From an uncultured cyanobacterium (GTDB taxonomy: Bacteria; Cyanobacteriota; Cyanobacteriia; Phormidesmidales; Phormidesmidaceae): a DNA stretch of 64,000 nt. Made by a program: the position numbers and the translations under genes. A model generated the notes under the pieces. That model worked only from the letters and a program-made list of their open reading frames with translations. It was not told where the DNA came from and searched no databases. Where the stretch lies: assembly GCA_963793265.1 (NCBI GenBank), contig CAWBZI010000001.1, forward strand, positions 704,001-768,000, read 5' to 3'. Positions 11,117 to 21,702 of this stretch are shown here, piece by piece (within the stretch, counting starts at the first letter, position 1; each line of letters opens with the position of its first letter).

Positions 11117-11692
11117 ATGGTTTACTCTGTTCCCCATATTCTTCAGTGCTACGCTCAGGGCTACTTTTTGATGGCCGAAGACAGCGGTCAGCTTAACTGG
11201 TATTCCAGCCAGAAGAGGGCGTTGATTCCTCTAGATGATCGGTTTCACTATCCTAAGTCACTCAAAAGGCAGCTCAACCAAAAACGATTCACGCCTGCTA
11301 TTAACAAAGACTTTGCAGCCGTGGTAGAAGGGTGCGCAGATCGTGAAACCACTTGGATTTCTGACAATCTTAAAGAAGTTTACTTTCGCTTGCACCGGGC
11401 GGGATACGCACACAGCTTTGAAACCTGGGAAGGCGATGAGCTAGCAGGTGGCTTTCTGGGGATTGCACTGGGCGGGGCCTTTATTGGCGAATCGATGTTT
11501 TATCGAATTCCTGAAGGGTCTAAGGCGGCGATGGTGCTGTTAGTAGAGCATTTGCGATCGCGCAATTTCCTCCTATTCGACGCCCAAATCATCAACCCCC
11601 ACCTGGCCCGCTTCGGCGCATACGAAGTAGAACACGACATCTACGAGGCCACACTGCAGGCGGCTGTACAGCGGCACTGCAAGTTCGTATAG
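11117..11692 (+). CDS. aat: Leucyl/phenylalanyl-tRNA--protein transferase
   Basis: [31 protein letters not shown]. Confidence 0.93.
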   Translation: MVYSVPHILQCYAQGYFLMAEDSGQLNWYSSQKRALIPLDDRFHYPKSLKRQLNQKRFTPAINKDFAAVVEGCADRETTWISDNLKEVYFRLHRAGYAHSFETWEGDELAGGFLGIALGGAFIGESMFYRIPEGSKAAMVLLVEHLRSRNFLLFDAQIINPHLARFGAYEVEHDIYEATLQAAVQRHCKFV

Positions 11693-11716
11693 CAAGCGGG
11701 TTTAGCAAGGAATTGC

Positions 11717-12571
11717 CTAAGCATCCATCCGCGTCAGCAGCACCGGACAGTTGGCATACACTCGCACGTAATCTGAGAGCGCTTCGCCCAGCAATAAATC
11801 CAGATCGGGCATTTTTTTGGCAATCGTAGGCCGTCGATCGGGCGAGCCTAAAATGAGCAAATCGACGTTGAGCTGATCGGCCAGTTCGCAAATGCGTTGA
11901 CCCGGCTTGCCTTCGGGGGCCATACAGCGATACTTAATGCCCATGCGGCGGACTTTAGAAATGGCCTCGGCTAGGACAGGATCGTTTTCGGGGCGATCGC
12001 GAATAGCCTCCTCCAGCTTGGCATTCAGCTTAGAAACCGAATGCACCAGGATAATCTCACTCCCTTCAATATCTCGCGCAAAATCAATCGCCACCTCAAG
12101 GCTTTTCTGCGCCGAATCAGACTTATCGACTGCCACTAGAATGCGCCGTACCGATCGAATGGCATAAAGGTCGTCTTTGACCAGCAGCATCGGCCGTGAC
12201 GAGAGCTGAAAGACGTACTGGCTCACCGAGTTGCTCAGAATAGCCCGGAGCCCTTTAAGCCCTCTAGAGCCCATTACCACCAGGTCTGCATCGACTTCAT
12301 CAGCGACCTTGCCGACCAGATCCTTGGGCTCACCCTCGCGCAGCACCGCGTTCACCTGCGCCGGATCTAAATCCAGCTCGCTGACGGCCTCTGCTAACGT
12401 TCTACCACCCTTTTCCCAAGATTCAGCCATCGCTTGAGCGGTAGATTGAGGAGGAACCGCGTGGAGAACGGTGATGCGAGCGCGATCAATTCGCGGAATC
12501 TGCATCAGCTTTTTCATCATCTCTCGGGTATTGCCAATGCCCGAATCAGCCAACAGAATATTCTTAATCAT
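11717..12571 (-). CDS. Tandem-domain universal stress protein
   Basis: Two USP domains (ILLADSG; DLVVMGSRG; ILVAVDKS; NCPVLL). Confidence 0.9.
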   Translation of the reverse strand: MIKNILLADSGIGNTREMMKKLMQIPRIDRARITVLHAVPPQSTAQAMAESWEKGGRTLAEAVSELDLDPAQVNAVLREGEPKDLVGKVADEVDADLVVMGSRGLKGLRAILSNSVSQYVFQLSSRPMLLVKDDLYAIRSVRRILVAVDKSDSAQKSLEVAIDFARDIEGSEIILVHSVSKLNAKLEEAIRDRPENDPVLAEAISKVRRMGIKYRCMAPEGKPGQRICELADQLNVDLLILGSPDRRPTIAKKMPDLDLLLGEALSDYVRVYANCPVLLTRMDA

Positions 12572-12770
12572 TAGACGGTATATCGAGTATCCCTAATGCT
12601 TTATCAGTGCTTTACCAGTGCCTTAAAGGTTGCGATCGCTTTACAAACAGCAAGTGGTTCACAACAGTGTGTCATATCAATTTAGAAACAAACCCACATA
12701 AACCGACTCAACTACGCTCAAAACTTAAAACCGTTAAGCAAAAAAAATACGTCTCCATTAACGAATCTCT

Positions 12771-13226
12771 ATGGTTAACGCGACCCCTTCGCCCTCAGCC
12801 TGGTTTAAATACCCCGTCCGAGTTCAGCCTCATCACACTGACTACGGCGGCGTTGTTTGGCACGGCACCTATATTACCTGGATGGAATCGGCCCGCATAG
12901 AATGCCTGCGCGCAGCAGGCGCACCGTTTGAGCACTTAGTTGAGTTGGGCTACGACCTGCCCGTTGTAGACTTAGAAGTGCGCTACCGGCGACCGCTAAT
13001 GCTAGGCGATGAGGCCATTGTCAAAACGCGACTAGCGCCAGTAAAAGGCGTTCGGATTCAGTGGCTCTATGAAATTGAAACCGATGAGGTGCAGCCACAG
13101 CTATGTTTGAGTGGACAAATCACGCTGGTTACGGTAGATGTGGCGAGTCGTAAGGTCATGCGGCGACTGCCTGAGGCGATCGCCCAAATTATCCATAAAG
13201 CCCAACAAAAATTGCCAATTTCGTAA
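12771..13226 (+). CDS. Acyl-CoA thioesterase (4HBT/YbgC hot-dog family)
   Basis: VRVQPHHTDYGGVVWHGTYITWMESAR signature. Confidence 0.88.
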   Translation: MVNATPSPSAWFKYPVRVQPHHTDYGGVVWHGTYITWMESARIECLRAAGAPFEHLVELGYDLPVVDLEVRYRRPLMLGDEAIVKTRLAPVKGVRIQWLYEIETDEVQPQLCLSGQITLVTVDVASRKVMRRLPEAIAQIIHKAQQKLPIS

Positions 13227-13254
13227 GTTCACAAATATTAGTATGACGGCTAAC

Positions 13255-13339
13255 TTATCCACAGGTTTTCCACAGACCGCTGCCGAGTTTTCCACAGGCT
13301 TTGACGTAGCTACGCGATTTTACTGGTTTTTGTGGAATA
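13255..13339. promoter_or_regulatory. Cluster of DnaA boxes
   Basis: TTATCCACA 13255-13263, TTTTCCACA 13266-13274, TTTTCCACA 13288-13296, inverted near-match TGTGGAATA 13331-13339. Confidence 0.65.
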
Positions 13340-13638
13340 TCAGGCAGAGCTGATAGCAGCTATTTATAAGAAAAAAATGTGAACTTATGAAACAGAAACA
13401 GGGCTGAAAGGGCCTTTTTTGCCAAACCTAAACTTTTGCTGAAGTACCCTGCCGACATTAAGAGCATTGCTATTTCTATACGCATGTCTCACAATGATGA
13501 GCACCTCAAGCAAGCGAGTCTGACCTGGAGGCTTAGCGCTTTATGTAAGCGTCATTGTGGCGCTATATAAGGTCTAGTTAGTCCAGAGAAATCGCGACTG
13601 TTTGTGATGTCAAAAAATAATTCAAAGGAGCCTCTGCG

Positions 13639-13869
13639 ATGCAGCAGTCTGTAAGTTTATCAGTCGAAATTCCTGAAGATCTGCACGTTTCTGTACGGCA
13701 CTATCTAGACGTACACTCCAGCTGGAGCCAGGATCGTTTGTTTTGCGCCGCAATCTCACTGTTTCTGATGCAAAACGGCGTTACAGACCGCCAGGTTAGC
13801 CGTGTTTACTTAGATAGCCTGTTTGGTCAATCGCCTGAAAGCAACAAAGAAGTTATGCAATCTAACTAA
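13639..13869 (+). CDS. DUF2811-like small cyanobacterial protein
   Basis: EIPEDLH...YLD.H..WSQDRLF.AAISLFLMQNG...SRVYLDSLF; AAGGAG RBS. Confidence 0.8.
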   Translation: MQQSVSLSVEIPEDLHVSVRHYLDVHSSWSQDRLFCAAISLFLMQNGVTDRQVSRVYLDSLFGQSPESNKEVMQSN

Positions 13870-14069
13870 TTTTTACGCTTAAATATCAGCCCAATAGAGG
13901 TGTTTTCTACAAACTTTTGCGCAGATAGCTAACTGAATGGCTAACTAAAAAACGTACAGCTATTAACTCTCTTCGTATAGCTAATTCGCACTGAGCTAGT
14001 GAAGCAGATAAACCTATAAGAACCCGCTTTTTTCCATCTCATCACAACTCATAGTTTGCACGCATGACA

Positions 14070-14107
14070 AAGCCGCTGATGACATCTCAAAAAGTCATCA
14101 GCGGCTT
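14070..14107. terminator. Terminator hairpin downstream of tatC
   Basis: AAGCCGCTGATGAC / GTCATCAGCGGCTT perfect 14-bp inverted repeat. Confidence 0.75.
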
Positions 14108-14127
14108 CGCTGTTATTTCATTAGAAG

Positions 14128-14928
14128 CTATCGACCAATCGCCTTTACAAGGCCAATGCCACCAAAGTACAAAAACAATACCGCCCCACCTAGCAGGCTT
14201 TGCGTGATTGGGTCAGTAGAAGGCGTTAGCACCGCGCCTAAAATAGCGGCCCCGAGCAATACGTAGCGCCAGCCGGAGAGCATTTGCTGTGAGCCCACAA
14301 TGCCCAACAGTCCTAACAGGAGCTGAATCACCGGGATTTGAAAAGCAAGGCCCGTGCTAAACAGCAGCAGCAGCACAAACTCGAAGTAGCGGTCAATAGA
14401 CCACATTTGCTCGACGACATCTGCGCCGTAGTTAATAAAGAAGTTGAGCGCAGCAGGCACTAGCGCGATATAGGCAAAGGCTAGGCCCGCAAAAAAGAGA
14501 AAGCTAGAGCCAATGACTACAGGTGCAATCAGCCGCCTTTCACGGCGCGTAAGGCCGGGGAGAACGAACTGAATGACCTGATACAAGATGAATGGGCTGG
14601 CTATTAAAATGCCGCTGTAGCCCGCTACTTTGATTGAGACAAAGAAGTATTCGCCGGGCGAAAGCTGTAAGAATTTAGCACCCTGAGCCGGGACTTCGAG
14701 CAGTTCTACAATTTGACGAACGCTGGTAAAGCAGCCGACGACGCCCAGAACAACTGCAATCAGCGAATAAAGAATCCGCTGCCTCAGCTCATCAAGATGG
14801 TCAAACAGCGACATCTCAACGTCATCGGGCACTTCATTCAAAAAGGCATCGACAGACGTGTCCATAGGCTCCATTTCTGGTGCTGAGAGGTTGGCACTTG
14901 CCGTCTCAAGATCAACAGGAGGCGTCAT
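14128..14928 (-). CDS. tatC: Twin-arginine translocase subunit TatC
   Basis: [27 protein letters not shown]; six TM segments. Confidence 0.96.
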   Translation of the reverse strand: MTPPVDLETASANLSAPEMEPMDTSVDAFLNEVPDDVEMSLFDHLDELRQRILYSLIAVVLGVVGCFTSVRQIVELLEVPAQGAKFLQLSPGEYFFVSIKVAGYSGILIASPFILYQVIQFVLPGLTRRERRLIAPVVIGSSFLFFAGLAFAYIALVPAALNFFINYGADVVEQMWSIDRYFEFVLLLLFSTGLAFQIPVIQLLLGLLGIVGSQQMLSGWRYVLLGAAILGAVLTPSTDPITQSLLGGAVLFLYFGGIGLVKAIGR

Positions 14929-15018
14929 AGGCAGGTCTTAGGAATAGAGGTGTCGCTGTTTATTGTATCGGTTGCGTTGAAGGGTTGCCCGTAAGTTACT
15001 AAGGGCGCTAGTGAAAAA

Positions 15019-16533
15019 TTACTGAGGAAAGACCTTTTCTTCGGGCTGGCCTCTTTCGCCCATCACCTCAGCAGCATCGCCATTGGCAGCAAGCTCTAGC
15101 GCGCCCGCATCACCGGAATAGATATTGAGGTTTTCTTCAGCTTCCCAAACCTCAGCATCGCCCGGCTGCAGCGTTCCTTCAAATATCGGATTACCGTCTG
15201 CAATTACGCTTACCCACGCTTCGGCAGTCGCTGTAGCCTCAACATAAACGGGCGCAGTGCTAGCAGGCGGCTGAGTAGCGACAGGCTCAGGTGTCTCAGT
15301 CTCAGGCATGGGTGGCAGTTCATTAGCGCCTTCGTCCACCTGCTCAGCTGAATCACCTGAGCTATCAACAACAACGGCTTCTCTATTGCCGCCAAAGATA
15401 GTTGCCAGAAGCAGCACACCGAGCGCAACTGCCGCTAAGACGCCACCAATAATAAACGGCTTTAGGTTAGGGCGATCGCCATATTCTACCCCTACCGGCT
15501 GCGGCTCACGAGCAGTCTGTGGGCTGAAAGGCTCAGACAGTTGAGTAGTCGATTGAGCCGTTGGCTGAGCGGCTGATTGAGTGGTAAAGGCGGCGGGCAA
15601 ATCATCATCAAACTGAGCAGGTTCTAGCGATGTTTGGCTATTGAGAGAATTTGGCGTTGAATCAGGCTGATCGAAACCGGGCTCGCTAAAGTTTGGTTCG
15701 CCAAGGGTAGGTTCATTGAGTTTGGAGTCAGCTAGGTTAGGCTCTTTGAAGGAGTTGTTATTGAGATTATCCCGATCAAAAGCAGCGACCTGGCTGGCAA
15801 AGTCCTCACTCAGCGCAGCATCACTAGACAGCGAAGAAGCGCCTAATTTATCGGTAGCAATGCCACTTTCTAAAGAGCTTTTGCTATCGATAAATTCGTT
15901 TTCAATAGGTGCTTCAGCAGGCGTCTCGGCAGGCGTCTCAGAAAAGGAGCTGTCAGGGAAAGCAGCATCAGCGAAGGCAGCATCGGCGTTTGGAATCTCC
16001 TCAGCATCTACGCGGGCTGACTCTACAGCGGCAAAATCTGGATTAGTCTCAAAAGCTGGGTTGCGTTCAGGCTTGCCTAGCGTGAGCAAATCATCTTGAG
16101 TATCAGGCGTTGATGAGACGGGCGTCGTTGGAATGCTACCCGCACTAAACATCGGAATGGAGTCGTCTGCGGCAGTATTTGATTGAGCACCGGCACCGTT
16201 AACGCGAGTGAATCGAGTCGTTGGGCTATCGGCTGGCTGCTCTACGCGAACAGGACGCGGCGTAGAAGGAATAGAGGTCACCATGAACTGTTGAGACAGC
16301 TCAACCCCGTTAAGGCCCAGCGCCTCGGCATAGCGGCGGATAAAGCCTTGCACAAAGATAGGTTCTGGCAGCGTATCGGGGTTGCCCGTCTCAATGCCAT
16401 TTAGTAGCTGAGGCCGAATATACGTGCGAATGGCGATATCTTCTAGAGACTTTGCCTGCTTCTCCCGATTGTCACGCAAGAAAGCGCCAATCTGCGCAAG
16501 TTGATTTTGCTGCGGGGCACTAAATTTAGTCAC
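15019..16533 (-). CDS. RodZ-like protein (Xre HTH, long acidic linker, TM, DUF4115)
   Basis: IGAFLRDNRE..SLEDIA..TYIR..LLNGIE.G..LPEPIFVQGFIRRYAEALGL; TM; AWVSVIADG..FEGTL; start uncertain (16533 GTG or 16551). Confidence 0.85.
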   Translation of the reverse strand: MTKFSAPQQNQLAQIGAFLRDNREKQAKSLEDIAIRTYIRPQLLNGIETGNPDTLPEPIFVQGFIRRYAEALGLNGVELSQQFMVTSIPSTPRPVRVEQPADSPTTRFTRVNGAGAQSNTAADDSIPMFSAGSIPTTPVSSTPDTQDDLLTLGKPERNPAFETNPDFAAVESARVDAEEIPNADAAFADAAFPDSSFSETPAETPAEAPIENEFIDSKSSLESGIATDKLGASSLSSDAALSEDFASQVAAFDRDNLNNNSFKEPNLADSKLNEPTLGEPNFSEPGFDQPDSTPNSLNSQTSLEPAQFDDDLPAAFTTQSAAQPTAQSTTQLSEPFSPQTAREPQPVGVEYGDRPNLKPFIIGGVLAAVALGVLLLATIFGGNREAVVVDSSGDSAEQVDEGANELPPMPETETPEPVATQPPASTAPVYVEATATAEAWVSVIADGNPIFEGTLQPGDAEVWEAEENLNIYSGDAGALELAANGDAAEVMGERGQPEEKVFPQ

Positions 16534-16708
16534 GATACTCCATGAAACCAACGACGACTGCTTTGCTCACACATCACAAAAATACTTTTACACACATCTA
16601 TGTATGTTCACTTAAAGATGCTCACCTAAAGTCATCCTACCAATAATCGTTGACTATCCTATCAATAGATTGTGCGATCGCAATTGCGTTTGGATGCAGG
16701 TCAGTGAT

Positions 16709-19033
16709 TCATAACTCCGCAACCTTGGCGGCTATTTCAGGATTATATAGTCGTAGATAGTTCCAGTAGCCGCCAAATACAGAATCGATATAGCCTTTTG
16801 TCTCGGGATAGGGGATCTTTTCGACAAATTCGTCGGCATTGGCAAAGCCACCTTCTTGAATCCAACCATCTACCGCGCCAGGCCCCGCGTTATAGCTAGC
16901 CACTGCAAAGAGCGAATTGTCATCAAACTGCTCATGGGTAAAGTCCAAAAACCAGGTGCCAAACTCCACGTTGTCTTCTGGCACAGTAAGCGTATAGCTT
17001 GTTTTACCCGTACGCTCACCAATCCACTCGGCGGTTTCAGGCATTACCTGCATGAGCCCGACTGCGCCGACGACAGATTCGATTTTAGGCTGAAACCTGG
17101 ATTCTTGACGCACTAGCCCAGTTACTAGCAGCGGGTTGAGCTGGCGTTCTTGGGCCCAGCGCGTGATTAGCTGCGTGTAGGGAAACGGATAGATTGCCTG
17201 CCAGTAGAGCGGCGTTTGTTTGAGCTGCTCGTACTTGCGTTTGTCTTCAGGGTCATCGCGCCAGGCCAGGCTAGACACCATGAAGATGCCGTTGAGATTA
17301 TCACCAACGCCTAGCCGTAAAATGCCGTCTGTAAACTGCTCAGCGACGGTAGGATCTTGAGGATTGTCAAATTCGGTTTGCCACTGCGCCCAGGCGGCTT
17401 CGTTTTGGCCTAGCAGATATAACTCTTGAAGGGCTTCTGAGCCTGCGGGGAGGGGCGATCGCTTCGGTGGCAAAGCAATCGTCGGGTCAAACGTTCGCAC
17501 TGAATCAAAGTCACCTACAGCCCAGTCTAAATGAACCGCTGAACGCCAGGCAAAGTATGACTGCGGCTGATTGCGAATCACCTGTTCAAAGGCTTGCCGA
17601 GCCGCGTCGGGCTGATTTTCTCTCAGCAGCCATTTACCCAGCCAAAAACCGCCTTCAGCCGCCAGATCATCCTCAGGAGCCGTCTCAACAAGCTGCTGAG
17701 CCCACTTAATTGCGCCCGCGTAGTCGCCTTTTTTAGCGCTGATCTCGGCGTAGGTTAGGCGGATTTTAGCGGCTTCTTCCGATGCCGGATACTGAGAGAG
17801 AATGGAAGATTTTGCTTTCTGGGCAGACTCTGGGCTATCAAGGGCTTCAAACAGATCGGCCGTTTGCACCAGCGCTTCGGCGGCGCGATCAGGGAAGCGC
17901 TCGACCACCTGATTGAGGGTGACTAGCGCGGCGGGCTTGGGCAAAAGCCTGCCTAAGTTCAGCAGCGCGTCGGCGGTTTCGGGCGCGTCGGGAAAGGCTT
18001 GATTGAGCCTTTGGTAGAAGGCGATCGCCTCCGTCGTTTTTCCACCTCTTTCCTTACCCCGCGCGGCTCGGTACAAGCTCACAGGTGACGCCGGGGCTTT
18101 GGCATACGCTTCGCCCGCGCTGCCATAGTTTTGCGTCTCCCAATAGCCAAATCCAACCGCTTCCCAGTCTTCGGGCGTGAGCACGCTGCCGTAAGTACTC
18201 GTCAGCGTATTGAGCGCTTGCGTGTAGCCAGCCTGATTAAAACCGTGATAGGCCACTATCTTCAGCAGTGCGAGCTGATCGAGATCTACGGTGGGCAGCG
18301 GTTCGGGCTCGATTTCTGAAGGCTGATTCTGAGAGGTCGTCTGCTGCGAGATAGTCTGCTGCTGAGTGGCTTTGACCAGACTGGCCACGGGCTGTTTAGC
18401 CTGGCTCTGAGAATTTGGAGCGGCTGAAGAGGATAGTTTCTCTAAGCGCTTCAAGGCCACTTCGACACTGCGCGGATGACTGGGCACTCGCGTCAGCAGC
18501 GTATTCCAATAAATCGCCGTCTCTGGCGCGTCTTGATTGCCTAGTTCGTATAGAGCCTCAGCCGTCGCGGCATCTTCAGGATATTCATTAATCAGCCGCG
18601 TCCAGCTCTCTTTAGCCGCTTCTACCTGACCTGCCGCTGCTTCAGCCTGACCCTGCTTGAGCAATACATAGGGCGCTAGGGCCTCATAGCGTGTTTCTAA
18701 ATCTTCTAATATCGGTAGCGCGCTGCCGCTTTGGCCGCGAGCGATCAGATCGCTTGCCAGTAGATATCGAGCGCGATCGCCTTCTACACTCTCATCGCGC
18801 TCAGCAATCTCTGTCAGCGTGCTTAGCCGCGACTCAGGTGGCTGTTGCACGAGCCCTAGCACAACTGAAGCATCTATCGCGTTTGGCGACTGCTCAGTGA
18901 CAACATTCGGATTTACCACCGCAGGCCCAAAGGAATCTGTTGTCTTCAGCAGGCCCACTACGAGCGCAACTGAGAGCGTACCCGTGCCGAGGAGCGCTAT
19001 GAGCGGCCATTTGTTCTTTAGCGTTTTCAGCAT
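16709..19033 (-). CDS. TPR-containing soluble lytic murein transglycosylase (SLT)
   Basis: RQESRF catalytic Glu, GLMQVMP, ASYNAGPG, ETKGY; TPR-like repeats; likely start MLKTLKNK at 19033. Confidence 0.92.
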   Translation of the reverse strand: MLKTLKNKWPLIALLGTGTLSVALVVGLLKTTDSFGPAVVNPNVVTEQSPNAIDASVVLGLVQQPPESRLSTLTEIAERDESVEGDRARYLLASDLIARGQSGSALPILEDLETRYEALAPYVLLKQGQAEAAAGQVEAAKESWTRLINEYPEDAATAEALYELGNQDAPETAIYWNTLLTRVPSHPRSVEVALKRLEKLSSSAAPNSQSQAKQPVASLVKATQQQTISQQTTSQNQPSEIEPEPLPTVDLDQLALLKIVAYHGFNQAGYTQALNTLTSTYGSVLTPEDWEAVGFGYWETQNYGSAGEAYAKAPASPVSLYRAARGKERGGKTTEAIAFYQRLNQAFPDAPETADALLNLGRLLPKPAALVTLNQVVERFPDRAAEALVQTADLFEALDSPESAQKAKSSILSQYPASEEAAKIRLTYAEISAKKGDYAGAIKWAQQLVETAPEDDLAAEGGFWLGKWLLRENQPDAARQAFEQVIRNQPQSYFAWRSAVHLDWAVGDFDSVRTFDPTIALPPKRSPLPAGSEALQELYLLGQNEAAWAQWQTEFDNPQDPTVAEQFTDGILRLGVGDNLNGIFMVSSLAWRDDPEDKRKYEQLKQTPLYWQAIYPFPYTQLITRWAQERQLNPLLVTGLVRQESRFQPKIESVVGAVGLMQVMPETAEWIGERTGKTSYTLTVPEDNVEFGTWFLDFTHEQFDDNSLFAVASYNAGPGAVDGWIQEGGFANADEFVEKIPYPETKGYIDSVFGGYWNYLRLYNPEIAAKVAEL

Positions 19034-19275
19034 GGTTGATGTGTTAGTGGGCGCGGCCAGTAATCTTTTTAGTAATCTTTGAGTACATTCCCTGATGTTG
19101 TAGCAAAAAAGCGAAGCCATTGAGAGGGGGATGTTGCGCGATCGCCCCGTCATAAAAGTTACGCCAGTTGCGCCCTTCAGTTGTGTCAAAAGGGATAAAA
19201 AATATGCAGCCGCGAAAAACGGCGAAATCAGTAGATACTATAGAACGGGAATTTAGATTAAGAAAGAATTAGGGA

Positions 19276-20751
19276 ATGGATTTTATAGCGTCGGCTCAGT
19301 CTTGTTTGGATTGGAAAGGGGATTGCCTAGTCATTGGCCTTTTAGAAGAGTCACTGCCGCTCACAGGCATTTTGGCCGATCTGAACGATAAGGCAGAGGG
19401 GCTGCTACAAACGCTGATTGATGAAGAAGCCTTTGAAGGCAAAGCGGGCTCTACAGCAATTACTCGACTGGGGATCGACTCACCGATCAAAAAGATCGGG
19501 TTAGTTGGACTCGGTAGCTCGGACGGGATGGCTTTAGAAACCCTACGCCGAGGAGCAGCGATCGCGGCCCGCTTGGCCCAAAAAGCCAAAAGCAAATCAA
19601 TGGGCATCAGCTTCCCAGTGTGGAATAACAGCCAGGCGCTAACCGCTCAGGCCCTCAGTGAAGGCGCAGCCCTAGCGCTCGCGCAAGACCGTCGCTTCAA
19701 ATCTGAGCCCAGTCATAATAAAACCGAACTATCTGAAGTCCATCTCCTTTCTTTTCAGGGCGAAGACGCCGCTATCAAGCGAGCCAAAGCCGTCTGTGAT
19801 GGGGTTATTCTAGCGCGCGAACTGGTCGCCGCACCGCCCAACGTTGTCACGCCGGACAAACTAGCCGAAACGGCTGAAGATATTGCCCGTAACTACGGCT
19901 TAGAGCTGAACATTCTAGAGCGCGAACAGTGCGAAGAACTGGGCATGGGTGCTTACTTAGGAGTTGCCAAAGCGTCCGATTTGCCACCGCGCTTCATTCA
20001 TCTGGTTTATAAGCCTGCCGAAACCGCGAAGCGTAAGCTGGCGATTATTGGCAAAGGGCTTACGTTTGACTCGGGCGGACTGAATCTGAAAACAGGTGGC
20101 TCGGGCATTGAGATGATGAAGGTGGATATGGGCGGTGCCGCTGCGGTATTGGGAGCCGCTGAGGCGATCGCGCAAATCAAACCCGATGTAGAAGTCCACT
20201 TCATCAGCGCCGCCACCGAGAACATGGTCAGCGGCCATGCCATGCGCCCCGGCGACATTCTCACCGCCTCTAACGGCAAAACCATTGAAGTCAACAATAC
20301 CGATGCTGAAGGTCGCCTTACGTTAGCCGACGCCCTTGTCTATGCCGATAAGCTCGGTGTCGATTCGATCATCGATTTGGCGACGCTAACAGGGGCTTGC
20401 GTAGTAGCGCTCGGTGACGATATTGGCGCACTCTTTAGCCAAGACGAAGAGCTAGCGCAGTCATTAGCGGCGGCGTCTGAGCTTTCGGGCGAAAAGCTTT
20501 GGCAAATGCCGATGGAAGAAAAGTACTTTGATGGCTTGAAGTCTGTGGTGGCTGATATGAAGAATACGGGGCCGAGAGCGGGTGGCTCTATTACAGCCGC
20601 GCTCTTTCTTAAGCAGTTTGTAAAGGAAACGCCTTGGGCACACCTGGATATTGCAGGCCCAGTTTGGACAGACAAAGAGAGCGGCTACAACAGTCCAGGT
20701 GCGACGGGCTACGGCGTTCGGTTGCTAGTAGAGTGGGTAATGCAGAACTGA
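19276..20751 (+). CDS. pepA: Leucyl aminopeptidase (M17)
   Basis: [39 protein letters not shown]. Confidence 0.96.
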   Translation: MDFIASAQSCLDWKGDCLVIGLLEESLPLTGILADLNDKAEGLLQTLIDEEAFEGKAGSTAITRLGIDSPIKKIGLVGLGSSDGMALETLRRGAAIAARLAQKAKSKSMGISFPVWNNSQALTAQALSEGAALALAQDRRFKSEPSHNKTELSEVHLLSFQGEDAAIKRAKAVCDGVILARELVAAPPNVVTPDKLAETAEDIARNYGLELNILEREQCEELGMGAYLGVAKASDLPPRFIHLVYKPAETAKRKLAIIGKGLTFDSGGLNLKTGGSGIEMMKVDMGGAAAVLGAAEAIAQIKPDVEVHFISAATENMVSGHAMRPGDILTASNGKTIEVNNTDAEGRLTLADALVYADKLGVDSIIDLATLTGACVVALGDDIGALFSQDEELAQSLAAASELSGEKLWQMPMEEKYFDGLKSVVADMKNTGPRAGGSITAALFLKQFVKETPWAHLDIAGPVWTDKESGYNSPGATGYGVRLLVEWVMQN

Positions 20752-20764
20752 GATAAGGGCGTGT

Positions 20765-21172
20765 TTACATTACCGGCTCAAACAAACCGATCAAATTTCC
20801 ATCGGGATCGCGAAGATAGGCAACTTTAATCGCGAACTCGGTGTTCTTAGTTGGTGGCTCGTCGAAGGCAACCTTTGCCTGGCGCAGCTCGTGATAGATG
20901 CCGTCTAGATCGTGGACGCTAAAAATTAGACCGAACTGATCTTGACAGTCAACCACGCTAGGTTTGCCGCTGGTTCTTAAGATCTCTGACATTTCCTGAC
21001 GACGAAAAAGAGAAAGCCGCGCGTCGCTATTCTCCTCGTCCATTTCAAACTCGGCATACCCTTTTTCAATTTGAATCGTAATTGGTTTGAACTTAAGCAC
21101 GTCGCGATAGAACTCAGCACAGGCAGGTAAATCTGAAACGAATAATCGAGTATGGGCGGCGCGAACTTTCAT
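20765..21172 (-). CDS. VOC/glyoxalase family protein
   Basis: HTRLFVSD...FYRDVL and YLRDPDGNLIGL motifs. Confidence 0.88.
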   Translation of the reverse strand: MKVRAAHTRLFVSDLPACAEFYRDVLKFKPITIQIEKGYAEFEMDEENSDARLSLFRRQEMSEILRTSGKPSVVDCQDQFGLIFSVHDLDGIYHELRQAKVAFDEPPTKNTEFAIKVAYLRDPDGNLIGLFEPVM

Positions 21173-21310
21173 AAACTCAAAAGTGGGGTTTAACTACAAA
21201 GACTAAATCATATAGTTTTTTTGCTATGTCGGATTTTCAGTAGCCATGAACTGTAGCTCGTTTGGATGGGCTAGCTGCCTAACAGTTAATCGTTACTCAA
21301 GTGCCGAGCT

Positions 21311-21694
21311 ATGGATAAATCCTCTCGAAATGACTCAAAAATTGTAGTGCTTGCGATCTCCTACACCTGCGCCTTTCTAATCACTCTCTGGGCCGCTTAC
21401 AACGATCGCCTGCCGCTAGTGTGGCTATCGCAATTTCCCAACTACGACAAAGTAGGCCATGTGGTGCTCTACTGCATTCCCACCTATCTCGGCCATCGAC
21501 TGTGCAGGCAAAAACATATTCATCGGCTAGGACTCCAGCTACCCGTCTTTCCAATACTGTTCACGCTCTTTACCATCACCGAAGAACTCACGCAGGGCTT
21601 TTCACCTCATCGAACTTTAGACGCAGGTGATATGGTATGTAGCCTCGCAGGCATTGGCTTGGGTTACTGGCTTGCGCAAAGATCTATGCGCTGA
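21311..21694 (+). CDS. VanZ-like membrane protein
   Basis: DKVGHVVLY, EELTQGFSPHR..D..DM signature; TM segments. Confidence 0.8.
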   Translation: MDKSSRNDSKIVVLAISYTCAFLITLWAAYNDRLPLVWLSQFPNYDKVGHVVLYCIPTYLGHRLCRQKHIHRLGLQLPVFPILFTLFTITEELTQGFSPHRTLDAGDMVCSLAGIGLGYWLAQRSMR

Positions 21695-21702
21695 TCCAAG
21701 CA

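Noticed and set aside
19034..19189. ORF-track N-terminal extensions (also 39933-40121 and 55366-55461)
   Set aside because: Downstream ATGs give proper signal or TM-leading N-termini; extensions look non-coding
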